Position numbers and translations under genes: made by a program. From the NCBI RefSeq assembly GCF_021869535.1, contig NW_026262712.1, positions 104,160,001-104,224,000 on the forward strand: a stretch of DNA of 64,000 nt, in the 5' to 3' direction. Within the stretch, counting starts at the first letter, position 1; the number at the start of each line of letters is the position of its first letter. The notes beneath the pieces are model-generated. The model was given only the letters and a program-made list of their open reading frames with translations. It did no database searches and was not told the origin of the DNA. The DNA is from Mytilus californianus (taxonomy: Eukaryota). Of this stretch, positions 1 to 11,772 are shown piece after piece.

Positions 1-121
1 CTGTTGTTTGTCCTTCTTCTTTCTTATTTTTGGAATGTCAGTTTCTGTTCTACTTATGAGTTTTGATTGTCTCTTTGGCACTTTCCGCCTCTTTTTATGT
101 ACATTATGGATTAAATAGTAG

Positions 122-437
122 CTAGTAATTCCAAAAGTGCAGATATTTAAACATGTATTTGAATTTATTAAAAGGTCTGAGAGATTTCTTGTCATATGAT
201 ACTGATTAGTGTATTTGCGGTACATTCACATCATCCGCATCATCACCAATTTTTCCGTTATTATTGTTTCATCTTTTTTCAATAGCTAGAATTGTAAAGT
301 ATTGTATACTTTGAATATTGCATGCTCATATTAATATTGTATTGTTATATATTGTGTAATTTGGAGCGGACTTCATAAGTATGGTTTACTTGTGCCCAAT
401 CCATTTTACTCTGAGTAAATAAAATATGTTTAAACTA
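122..437 (+). mobile_element. 3' terminal remnant of a non-LTR (CR1/L2-like) LINE: end of ORF2 plus 3' UTR
   Basis: 143-199 translates IFKHVFEFIKRSERFLVI*, resembling the IFxxVxxFIxxSxRF end of LINE ORF2. It is followed by an AT-rich UTR ending AATAAAATATGTTTAAACTAA. Confidence 0.55.
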
Positions 438-710
438 AGTAATTCCAATGTACTCTTTGCACAAATATAACTAACTGTCATATTTCATTTCTTAATCTCG
501 TACTTAATTACCACTGCATTGTAAAGATATCCGTTTACCTTACTCATGTTAAAAAAAACCCAGACGTACAAGCAAATACTGTTACCCTTTTGTTAGACTG
601 TGTGCATTTGATACCTCAATTTGTTAAAATGTAATTTAAGTTATATGACTAAAATGTTTAACGACCCTCTTATTTTGCTCAATATCCAGAAGCTAACATA
701 ATCCATCAAA

Positions 711-756
711 AATTCTAGGCACGTTTCGTCTATAAAAGACTCATCGGAGAGGCTTG
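711..756 (-). ncRNA. degenerate type I hammerhead ribozyme (PLE-associated)
   Basis: Reverse strand reads CCGATGA-GTC-TTTTATA-GAC-GAAAC. Stem II is perfect, the core is CCGAUGA instead of CUGAUGA, and stems I and III are decayed. Confidence 0.6.
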
Positions 757-1974
757 AATTAAAAAAGTAAAATGTAAAATTATGTACGAAGTTGCAGAGT
801 ATCTTTTAGGGAAATTGTCTCTTTTAATTTGCAGAAAAGAAAAAACTTCAAGAAAAAGTTTTTTTTTTATTTTGTAAAAATATCAGCTCCATACAAATAC
901 TTCTACAAGTACAATATGCTTAACTTTGTCCATTTATGCAAAGCTTAAATGAGGCTGTCCTTCTGGAAACGCACATGACTTTGATAATTGTGAATATTGT
1001 AATTGACTGATTAAATTCAGGTCAGTTTTATTCATAGAATATATATATACTTACTCATTTGTTTAATATTCATCTTCATTTTTTCGTTCGTGTGTACGAA
1101 GAATTCATTCAGCAATTTTACACAATATATGTCTTCCTTGTTCGTTCCTAGACTGTTTATTATATTATTTAACGTGGTAATGGATCACAATAATTTGTTT
1201 CTGGGGATAGATGGAAAACCGTATTCAAAAGAATTAACTTCGGCGAAATCAAATTACGATGGCTTATAATTTTGTTTTCATGTCAATAATGCAATATTAT
1301 TTGAATAAAATATTAGATGGAGCTAGCTGATATATTCATATTTGTTATGTAATACAATTGTACCGAAAGATATATCTCCCCGTACTTTTAAGGTACACCT
1401 TTTTCATATTTCATCATGTGTAAGGTACATGTCAAAACATGATTAATTTGATTATGAACAAGGCAAATAGGACAGTAAGACCGTACTTTAAAACTAAAAT
1501 GGTGCCAATTACACCGTACTACTCAGCAATTACAGTCAAAAAAAGTAAAATGAATGAATATAAAAGAGAAAAGCAATTGTCACAAACATTATGAAGATTA
1601 CATAAAACAAATGTTCTTCACATGTATCAAATGTTAGTGTCTGACTGAAGTAGTATGGTTCAAATTAAATATTTTCGTGTATGTTTTTTTCCGCAATGCA
1701 GCGTTATATAACATCCCATTTAAGATAGCATGTACCAGCAGTCATTTTTATCGGATAGCACTACAATGTACTACTAAGATTGTAATTGTGATACGTTTAT
1801 ACCGTTCTCACGATTGATGCAAGTCTATGAAATTTACTGTTCTGTTCAAAACGAATAATCGACAAGTTATTCCCATATCGTAACCCATTCATCTGGCTTT
1901 CGTATGATACAGGAATAAGAATAGACCCTTCACGATCTTCAAGGGTCGGGACAAATGACTTGCGTATTTCTGAC

Positions 1975-2120
1975 TTAAAGGAGCATTAGCTACGAGTTCG
2001 ACAAAAATTTAAAACACGTCAAAATAGGCTCAAAAGCATCGCTGATGTACTCTTCACTTGCAAGTGAATAATTCGATCTCATGTAAATCCGCATTCATGT
2101 GAACTTCAATTTAGCTCCTT
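1975..2120. mobile_element. possible Kolobok-like MITE remnant
   Basis: Starts TTAAAGGAGCATTAGCT and ends TTAGCTCCTT (short inverted termini after a TTAA). A related terminus, GACAGGTAATGCCCCTT, occurs near 4929-4945. Confidence 0.3.
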
Positions 2121-2255
2121 AGTGGAGATGGGTTACGCATGTAATAGGCGTGTTCGGCTATTTAAAGGAAAAGAATGTCAACATTGAAAGTGAAACAAAG
2201 GTTTCGTTGAATGATTCGATCCACAAAATTTCGTTGACTGATTCGATCCACAAAA

Positions 2256-4780
2256 AATAGGAAATGGTTTCATAGCTAGCCAAACCTCTCACTTGTATGA
2301 CAATCTTATAGAATTCCATTATATTGACAACAATTTGTGAGCAAAACAAACACATAATAGTTAAACATTTTAAAAATTTGGGTACAGCAGTCAACATTGT
2401 GTTATAATCTTAATCACTATAAAAACAAATAACTGTTTCAACAAAGTAAAACAAAATAGCATTTAGACACTCTTTAGAAAAAGTACATAAGCAAAAATGA
2501 AAGACAAAAATACAAAATTGACCATAATTACAATAACACAATGGCGGGATGTATAAATACCGAGCCACTACAAAAATATACTACCAAATACGGACTAAAC
2601 AGTAAAGGTAAAAAATGTACAAGGACAAATAAAAAGAACACTTTAACACGTAGTCAAGATGATAAACAATGTCTGTACCTAGAATCTATACATACTTCAA
2701 GACCATCATGTATTATTTGTGAAGTTGATACGGAATATTTATCAACAAGGTCTTGGTATCTTCCAATGAACTTTTTTTAGGAAAGAGGACGAGACGTTCT
2801 TTGACATAACCCTGGTTCCTGAACTTTCTGCTCAGATACTGGTGACGTTTTATAAAGTCTGAGTAGCAGCTGCAAGTTCTTGAATACCGAATGAGTTGAG
2901 AAATATATATCCCATATTCAGGAAAAGTTGGTATTTTGCTGCTAAGGTAGAGGAAATTTATAATTTCAGAATTAAAATCATCTCGTTTGTCATAGATTCA
3001 GGTACTGAGATGACCGCTTATGTCAAATTCGAGGTATAAGTCTAAAAATGAGGCACAGGAAGCCGTGTTTGTTGTTTCTTTAATTTCTAGTTCTGGCTGA
3101 AGGATACATTAATGGAACCCAATCAGAAAAGTTTGGATTGTTAATGGAAAGAACATCATCAATATATCTGAATGTGAAATTAAATGATCTGGCTTCTTTG
3201 ATCTTCCCTTTTTTTGACAAGTGTCTGAAGGAACTCCGACTCATATGAAAATAAGAAGAGGTCGGGAAGGAGATGCGCACAATTCGTTCCCATAGGAATG
3301 CCGAAAATTTGTTGAAAAAGTCTACCTCCGAATTCCACAAATATGTCGTCAATAAGACACTCCAACATACTGATCATTTGTTCCTCTCTTAAGCGTGGTT
3401 TGCTTTTTTGTTCACTATTAACAAAATATGCCGAATGGTATCCCAAAACAATAAATTTATAGCCGTATGCTACCATTTTTATATTGAAAAGCATTGTGGA
3501 TTAGTTTTTAAGACGATTTTTCAATTTCACATGTGGGAATGGTGGTATATAGGGTTAAAAAATCAAAAAATTTGATAGAATTAATTTCAGAGAACATCGA
3601 TATTTAAATTATCCAGAAGTTCTTTAGAGTTTTTTTAGAATCCACATATGATTAATACAACTACGCGAGGAAACAGTTTCACAATATTTCTGAAGACCAT
3701 CTTTCACTGCGGACAGAATTTTAGTCAATTTAATGGACAATTCCTTTGCAGAACATACAGATGAGCTGACAATGTACCACTGTTTGTAAGGAATTTTGTG
3801 AAGCTTAGGTATCCAATACAAACAAGGTAAGTCCTCAGATTTGCTGTAATGTTCATTGAAGCCTTGAAGCACTTATGATTCGCCAAAATCTCTTCCTGTC
3901 AAATGATGTTTTTGTATGTGGGATTACCTCATTGCTCATTTATTCCTAATTCTTTTACAAGGCACTCGTAGTAGGACGATTTACTTACAAAGACAATATT
4001 ATTAGAAGCTTTGTCCGCAGGAACAACAACATATATATCGTGAAAAGATGATAAACACTCTTTTTTGTCTCTGAAAACGGACTTTGGTCGATAATTCACA
4101 TAGTTTTTCAACTTATGAATTCGACGATTTATCAGAGACCTGAGTGTTTTAACCCATTCTGACAAAGTGTTCAAGGTCAACTTCTTTTCATTTAGCCCAT
4201 GCTCTGGCGTAGTCCTCGATGGAACCCATAATTATTTTGAAGTTATGGTTCCAATTGATGTGTTGGTGTTTTCTGAACTTAGGACCATGAGATATCATCT
4301 TTTGGAGATGTTCATGTTGAATTATGTTTAGATCCCCGATAATAACATGACCAGAGGGGCTGTAAATATAAGGCGAGTGGGAACAGTCACATGTCAGAGT
4401 TTTTTTTATGTTTTCTTCTAAATCAAGGTCCTACAATGCTTGCTTATAGTTAAATACCTTAGGTGCAATGGTTTTAGTGTTACTGTAGGATACAATAGGA
4501 TAGGAACAGAGTGATTTTGAAAATAAAGTGAAATTTTAGATGTTACCGCTTTGTGATGAAGAACGTTGCTGATGTTGATAGCATCAATTCCTTTATTAGT
4601 AAACTGAACTGGAAGGAATTTCCTCTTTGCATCATGTAAAGGTACTGATCTTACTGGTTTAAAAATATGGAAAAGAGCTACATCCCAAATCATACTGAAC
4701 AGTCAGTATATTGGAAAAAATGTATTTATGCATCCCTTGTCAAGTGCATAATCTCTCAAACATTTAAGAAAATTACCTTG
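2256..4780 (-). mobile_element. 5'-truncated, frameshifted Penelope-like retroelement (Naiad/Chlamys-type RT) with 3' UTR (tail family D)
   Basis: Collinear minus-strand motifs: NKGIDAINISNVLHHK (4418-4693 ORF), CDCSHSPYIYSPSGHVIIGDL (~4330-4395), VVVPADKASNNIVFV, YWIPKLHK, GIPMGTNCAHLL, FRYIDDVLSINN and RDD-FN-IINFL. The ORF ends near 2660 with no GIY-YIG downstream. The ~400-bp UTR is shared with other copies. Confidence 0.93.
3080..3494 (-). pseudogene. RT catalytic core of the PLE (YIDD motif), split by a frameshift
   Basis: ORFs 3180-3494 (QQIFGIPMGTNCA) and 3080-3352 (FTFRYIDDVLSIN) overlap in different frames. Confidence 0.92.
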
Positions 4781-6662
4781 CAGTGAAAAAAAGAATAGTT
4801 CTAATATATATTATCGAGTCCATGCATTGTTAATTGTTTATTTTAGACTAGTTGTATTTTTGATTTACGTTTTAGTATGTTATACATCAAATATGAGAAT
4901 TTGAGTCAAATCTGTGAACATGAATTAGACAGGTAATGCCCCTTCAAGTTGTGCGAATAGAAATTTTGTACAAACAATCACGTGTTGTAAATGTTACATA
5001 CTAACGCTATATAAATGGTGATTACATATAATAACAAAAACACACTTGTAATCATTCAATACTGCTTCATATGTGCTTGTTTTTGGCGTCGTTCTTCTTT
5101 CTGTGAGTGATGTCAGATGTCCTTTTTTTTATCTATGATACTTGTTTGCCTATTTGTATGTTCTCATTTTTGAGCATGGTATTAATTTTACGGCTTTTCT
5201 CCTATAATCGTTCTCAATATGTTCAAGTAAAATTTCATTTATTTAGTCTGGTTCAAGGTGATTATTTTCGTCAGTGCTTTCCAGAGATGCTACATTACAC
5301 ATGACCACTGAAAACAGAGTAGTTAAAATACAATGTGTGTTTTTTGTTTGTTTCAGAGATCAGTGTTAGTACATCCTTAAAACAATGGTTTAAATTTCCC
5401 TCCTTCGGTAAACGTTTATGAATTAACCAGAGAAGTGTGTGTTATCTTTATCTTTGGAAAATTGAAGCATACAAAAAGAAAGTTGCATATAATGTGATTT
5501 TAACTTTAACTCCATCAACCAGTCCGGAAAAAAAATAAATTATCTTCATAATCAGAAAATATGGAAACTGAAATGTATTTTTCCTTGAATAAGTTATAAT
5601 CCTTATTATAACACTATAGTTTTATTTTTAATGTTTGAAGTTAACGTATTTCAAATTTAATTTTCACTTTTTTTTCAAATATTACTCTCTAGCTAAACAA
5701 ATATATGTTTATACTTATTTTTTTTTACCTTAACAGAAGAAATTTATAAATCGCAGATCAGTAGTAATATCTTCTCAATTTATTTTAAAAGTACCTTTCT
5801 GTTCTCAAGTCAATTTAGTGCTTGACCTTTGTGTAGAACGTGCCTATTGTTGAAGATTGTATGCTAATACTTAAATGTCGTTCTGTGCGTGGTTTGATAT
5901 GCCATTGACGTATACTCCAGATTTTATTCATACATATTTTGTGATCTTATAACTTTAATTCCTACGGTGTAAAGTTTGAAGACTGAAGTGCTTTACTTAT
6001 GGATGAAGTCGATTTTATCAAATGAGATGTCATGTATTATAATGACACAAAAATCCAATACTGTATCTCTTTTACTTCATTCTAAATCATCCACAGATTG
6101 TAAAGCTATGCAATTATTGACTATCCAATGTTTTCCTGGAAAGACAGACATTTAGTAAACATTGATAAGATTTAACGTTAAAGTGCTAATGGATTTAGTG
6201 AGTCACAACTTCACACAAACATGATGAAATCCAATGGCACAAGTTGCTTCATCCATATTGTCAATTTTCTTGTTTTACTTCAGTTGTAGGAGTTCCTTTT
6301 GAATACAAATATCAAGTTGTTCGGTTTCTGCAGGTTACATAGAAAATGTCTCCCTATGGTCTCAAATATTTTCATTTTATAGCCCATAAAAAGTCGTACC
6401 TGTTTTAATTCTGCAATCTCAATTATGAACGGAGGATGTTCTAATCTTATTTAAAAGCTACTAGACGATTCGAAAGTTTAAACATATGAAGCAGAGTTCT
6501 TAAACCTTACAAAAAGTAAGATGGTAACAAAAAGTAAGATGGTAACAAAAAGTAAGAAGAAAAACTATCTTGCAAATTTCTTTAATGTCATTTTCAGATA
6601 TAATTATGATGTCATGACTCAATAACCGACATTTCATTTAGTGCTTGCATCTGTTATTTCTT

Positions 6663-7272
6663 AACGAATTTGATATTATGAATACTACCGAAACTAAAAG
6701 GCCTGCTTCACATCTTGATTTTTTCCTCGATAATGGTACAAATAGACTTCAAACATAAAACAATTGACAAATTTGATAATTTCATTTTCCAATTGTCAAC
6801 TTCCCAAAACTCAGCAGTAATATAACATATCCTCTGCCTTTCATGTATCATATGGCGTCCAACTATCGCAATTTAAGCGTTACGCTCATGCAAAAACTAC
6901 CACAAACAGTCATGAAGAAGAACAACTGATATCGAGACAACATAAGTTTTACAGTCACAATTCCGAATTAGTTGACCAATAAGATGTGTCTGTGTCTCAA
7001 CTCACTGGCGATATTTTTTCGCAGTCTTAGATCTTTATTTTCCGGAATAGTCGTCAAGTTTGTATTTTTACTGATTGTATCTTGTACAAGATTGCGATAT
7101 TGTGACTGCATGAGATTGAGTTCTCATGAATGACAGAAGACGCTTAGTCGATCGACGCAACCGGTATCACTCCTTTTGGAGTTCATGCGTTAACCTAGTT
7201 TAGGTTGTACAATTGATTTGCCTTTTTAATCGGCTAATGAGAATTGAACATCGGTATACTATTGTTGCCTAA
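6663..7272 (+). mobile_element. PLE RT C-terminal remnant plus 3' UTR (tail family E)
   Basis: Translates NTTETKRPASHLDF, DKFDNF/FPIVNFPKLSSNI and HKFYSHNSELVDQ*DVSVSQL. Ends GAACATCGGTATACTATTGTTGCCT, which matches 57455-57490 in reverse. Confidence 0.8.
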
Positions 7273-8239
7273 GTTTTGGGCCTTCCTTAATGACTTATTT
7301 GATTTCTATTGACTATGTGTGACACGTATGAATGCGGAGATGTTTCATTTTCCCGTCTTCCTATTCTTATTCAGGATTTATCTCCCTGTTTGTCTGTTAA
7401 ATACCTGACTTATGAATAGTATACTACCAGTATATTTATCATTAAATACTACTTATTACCGGATTTGTACATGTCAGAAGCAACATTACGGATGCAACTA
7501 TTTTAAGAAGAACTAATTACCGCTAAAACTACACTTGAGTTTACATCCTGTTTTTATAGAAATCAAAATTCCGAATGTTTTGTATCTATGTAATGCCTAA
7601 TGGATAATTATTTGTATATTCATCCTCTTACTCTTAATCTTGTCTTTTCCTTTTTATATTTCATTGGCACCATGATATCTCTGAAGTCACCAGATGACTA
7701 TTTCAGGCTATTCATGAATTAATACAAATACTTTTTGTTTATTTGCCAGAATCATTTTGCAACTGCAAGGGTCTAGGGATCACTAGCTTTAAAATGAGTG
7801 GTTAGGTTATACAGTCTGTTTGTTTTTACTGGGTTTAACTTCGAAGATTTGTCAAATATACACTGTAACAGACAATATGTTAAACCTTGATCATTAGTTC
7901 AAGGTTCTGTACGTTTTATAAAATAACCTTGACTTATTTATTTAAGGATTTAAACTTGTGTCTAAGAATCATTTACTAATGCCGTTCAACATATAGGTAT
8001 AACCATTAAGATTTCTTAAACCATTGTGGTGACGTCAGCCTATTCATTTACCGTGGATTTTTTTTCTAGAATCAACGCTTCCTAAATCTGCCGCTGAAAT
8101 GGATTCACCAAATTATATTCAATTGTTTCCTTTGTGTGTCTAATTTCATTAAGTTTGAATTGGCTAATTTACTGATTTCTGCTCACTAATGGAATTAATT
8201 TAAAAACTTACCTTTAATTTTTGTAATTTGTATATGCCT

Positions 8240-8318
8240 TCACTGGGAATCGAACCCTTCCTTGAAATCTGTTATGAATGACTGACATCAACACATCGAC
8301 GAAACCTCTTGGCTACCA
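8240..8318 (-). promoter_or_regulatory. tRNA-derived Pol III head (A box + B box), SINE-like
   Basis: Reverse strand: TGGTAGCCAAGAGGTT (8318-8303) and GGTTCGATTCC (8256-8246). No cloverleaf forms. Confidence 0.55.
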
Positions 8319-8421
8319 ATGGGTTACAACTTAGATGTCTATTTTATATGAATAAATATATATCGGACACACAGGGGTTGTACCTTTATATATACACAAT
8401 GGGCATTCGTTTAGTATAAGT

Positions 8422-8532
8422 TGGTAGCCGCGAGGTTAGCATGCTTAAAATCAACGAGTTAAAAGATAGGGATTTGTCGGTTTAGGTTCGATTCCTTGTA
8501 TTATCTCTGTTGTCCCAATTCTGTTTTTTTTT
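8422..8532 (+). promoter_or_regulatory. tRNA-derived Pol III head (A box + B box) followed by a T-run
   Basis: TGGTAGCCGCGAGGTT (8422-8437) and GGTTCGATTCC (8485-8495), with an oligo-T at ~8524-8533. Confidence 0.55.
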
Positions 8533-9986
8533 CTAATTTTGCATGTTATAGTGGATATTTTTGTAATAATAGCGTGTTTTACCGTTTATTTTTTGGATTA
8601 TTATTGGCTATTTCACATGTTTGAAACAAAAATGATTACATTCTATTTGTCAATTTTTGTTGTGTAAATATAGTATGATTTCATCTGTTTTACAACATTA
8701 TTTTACAAATATGTGTTCGCAAATTCCTATGCTAGAAAATCGTGATGTGTCTCGAGTGCTAGAAATTTCGGTAACATACTTATTATATATACTTTATATA
8801 TGCTCTTTGGTCGGGTTGTTGTCTCTTTGACACATTCCCCATTTCCATTCTCAATTTTATTAGAAATAAGTTCGAATATGTCTTATTTTGTAAAAACAGA
8901 TAATATTCAGATGTCTGATAATATAAAGATCTTTAAAGGTAGAAGTGTTATATTTGTATTTTGTTAACATATTAATTGTGATCTGAGAATTATCAATGTA
9001 TCGTTGGACACGATAACATCGTTATTTTAACTCACTTACAATACCTTCTAATTAAGAAAAGGCTTTAATTTTGAAAAGAAACTAACACAATAGTTTAAGT
9101 TATAGATACAATGGATAAGCGTTGATTCACGAAAAACAAACCATTTGCCCTCCGGGCTCATGGTTTCTTTTTCAAGAATCCACGCTTATCCATTGTATCT
9201 ATATAACATACTATTGTTTGACTGATGTATTGCCGCTGACATATTCACGAAATGTTCATTATAAAATTACATTTTATCCGTCTAATAAAGATTCTTGTTT
9301 TGATTCGAAATAGTATCCATTGATTGAACGATCGTGAGACTTGTAATATTGTCGTTCTACCAAATATTTTATGGATCTTCTGCATTGGATTAATCGTGTT
9401 CATCAGGAAATTAAGTCAAATAATTGTATGACCTCGAACTATATCTTTTGATATTGTTTGACATTCTATGCGATTTTTCCGTCTGAAAATCATACTTTCC
9501 AGTATATTCTTTTTCGACCGGGCCCGATTGGGTGGTGTTACATCTTACAAAGTCTATCCAAATCATTTTTGCAAGGAATTCCGCTTAAGCCGGTGCTAGG
9601 GGCCGTCTTAAACTTGCAGTGAGGTGAAATTTTTTTTGCTCCGTGTTGAAGTCTCACTGTGACTTTGAGATGAAGAACAGCAATAAAAGCGCTGTTCCTT
9701 TGCTTTTTGTATGTTTTTTTGTTATGCATTTACTGATTTTGTGTTATGAATGGATGCCCCATATCCTTTGTTTTTCTATTATAAGTATTGGTTTGTTATA
9801 TAGAATATAATAAAGACGTAAGATTTCGTGTATTGGTGGAAACAACATAAAACTAGAGGCTCTTAAAAGCCTGTGTCGCTCACCTGATTCTACTTTGGTT
9901 TTGGAAATCATGTAGAAATAGATTAAAATCATAACAGATACCCTTATATTGATTTTGAGGCCAAATTTGGTTTAATATTGGCCCTA

Positions 9987-11567
9987 CACTCTAAAAAATG
10001 TGTTTAGAGCCTAAACACTTTCCTAAACACATTTATGAAACCGATTTTTGACATGTTTTAAATCTAAACATGTTTAATATTTAATGTGCTAACAGCCTAA
10101 ACGTGTCAAGCTATAAAGTGCTTAGACTGTAAACATGTTTAGCTGTAAAGCGTTTAGACTATAAACACGTTTAGCTAAAAAGTGCTTAGACTGTAAACAT
10201 GTTTAGCTGTGACTTGTTGTATTTGGAAACATGTTTAGCTGAGAAGTGTTTTGTCTGGAAACACGTTTAGCTGTGAAGTGTTTTGAATGTAAACATGTTT
10301 AGACCATAAAGGGTCGTGAAGAAACATGTTTATCATTTTATTGTGAGAAGCCGTTACTTCATTAGGCCCCAATTAAACTAATATTCCGGAAGTCTTGACT
10401 GTAAAACGTATGATAGCTCTCAATAAAACAGGTTTTCATACCATCACAAAAAGGAGCCAATGCATCAAACTAAGAAACTGGAATTTCCATATCAAATTGA
10501 ATGTGACCAATACCTTTTCAATCTCAATGAGTTTTTTCTTTATTTCAATTCACGTCATTCGACTATTGCATTTTTTCTTCATTTCAAATATTCGTAAAAC
10601 AGTCTAGAACTTTTGAAATGAAAGTATCATTATACTAATTCTAGCTTTAAAAACAAAATTACAACATATAAAACAAAGGAATTTATGTTATCATTTATTT
10701 CCAGTTTATCATTGAACACAATAAAAAATAAATTCATATCAAGGTACATGTACATAATATTGACCAATCTTCTACTTGTACCCCATCTCTACAACAAAAC
10801 AATTTGAAAATGTCCTGTTTTCATTTTACAGGTCAATAAGAGCTTCTCCTTTCTTAGTACCCAACTGCTGGTCAATGGCCTGAAATATAGAAAAATATTG
10901 ATAAGCAACTAAGCAGAATTAATCTTAAAATATAAGAATACGAACTACAACACCAAAAAGTAAAAGCATGATTTAAGATCCAGATAACAACATAAGGACC
11001 GTGGTATAAAAACATAAATTTACTGATGAATCAATTGATATTTTTTAATATAAAACTTCTTTTCATGCTTAATATTATTCATTTGATCAAATATATATTG
11101 GCATTTTTAAAATCAAATACACTTTTGATTCTTACCTAGCAGCATATTTGCTACTGTTCTTTTGCTATGGTCAGAAGTAAACAGCGTGGCCTTTGACTTC
11201 GGGTTCTTTGTTTCTTCTTCCCGCTCAAAAATTAGCACGTGATATGAATGCCGTATTCGGCCTAAATGTGTTGTAATTCTAAACGTGTTTAGGAAAGTGT
11301 CTAAATATTGAAAGTGCTTAGAATTTAAACACGTTTAGCTTTATATATTTGACAAAGTAGCTAAACATGTTTAGCACAGCAACATGTTTATTGAAAAGTG
11401 CTGAGAGCCAAAACATGTTTATTGCGAAGTGCTGAGAGCCAAAACATGTTTATTGCGAAGTGCTGAGAGCCAAAACATGTTTATTTTTTTATGTTTAGAA
11501 ATTAAACACTTTCCTAAGCACATAAGTCTTGCAACACGTTTAAATTCTAAGCACAATTTTTACAGTG
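9987..11567. mobile_element. non-autonomous CACTA/EnSpm-like DNA transposon (1581 bp) nested in the HINE
   Basis: TIRs CACTCTAAAAAATGTGTTTAG and CTAAGCACAATTTTTACAGTG, with TA on both sides (9985-86, 11568-69). Many AAACATGTTT(AG) subterminal repeats at 10050-10330 and 11280-11545. The flanks rejoin as continuous HINE sequence. Confidence 0.85.
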
Positions 11568-11772
11568 TATAATTTAATCAAAAGCAGAAAACTTCTGTAA
11601 AGTTTACAGAAATTACCAATAAATTCATTGAAATTGTAGAAAATGACTTTATAAGGACAATAACTCCAACAAGATATCAATTGACAATTTTGCTCATGTT
11701 GACTAATGTGTAGATCTTTTGCAGTTTACAGTATATCTCAATCTATAAAGATACATGTATTAAGGTATTCAT

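Noticed and set aside
2200-2255. 26-bp tandem duplication at the PLE 3' junction; also short tandems at 6513-6557, 49303-49350 and 53945-54032
   Set aside because: Ordinary slippage-type duplications; not a TSD because there is no matching copy at the other end of the element.
8240-8500. Functional tRNA genes
   Set aside because: The A and B boxes are present but the acceptor and anticodon stems do not pair.
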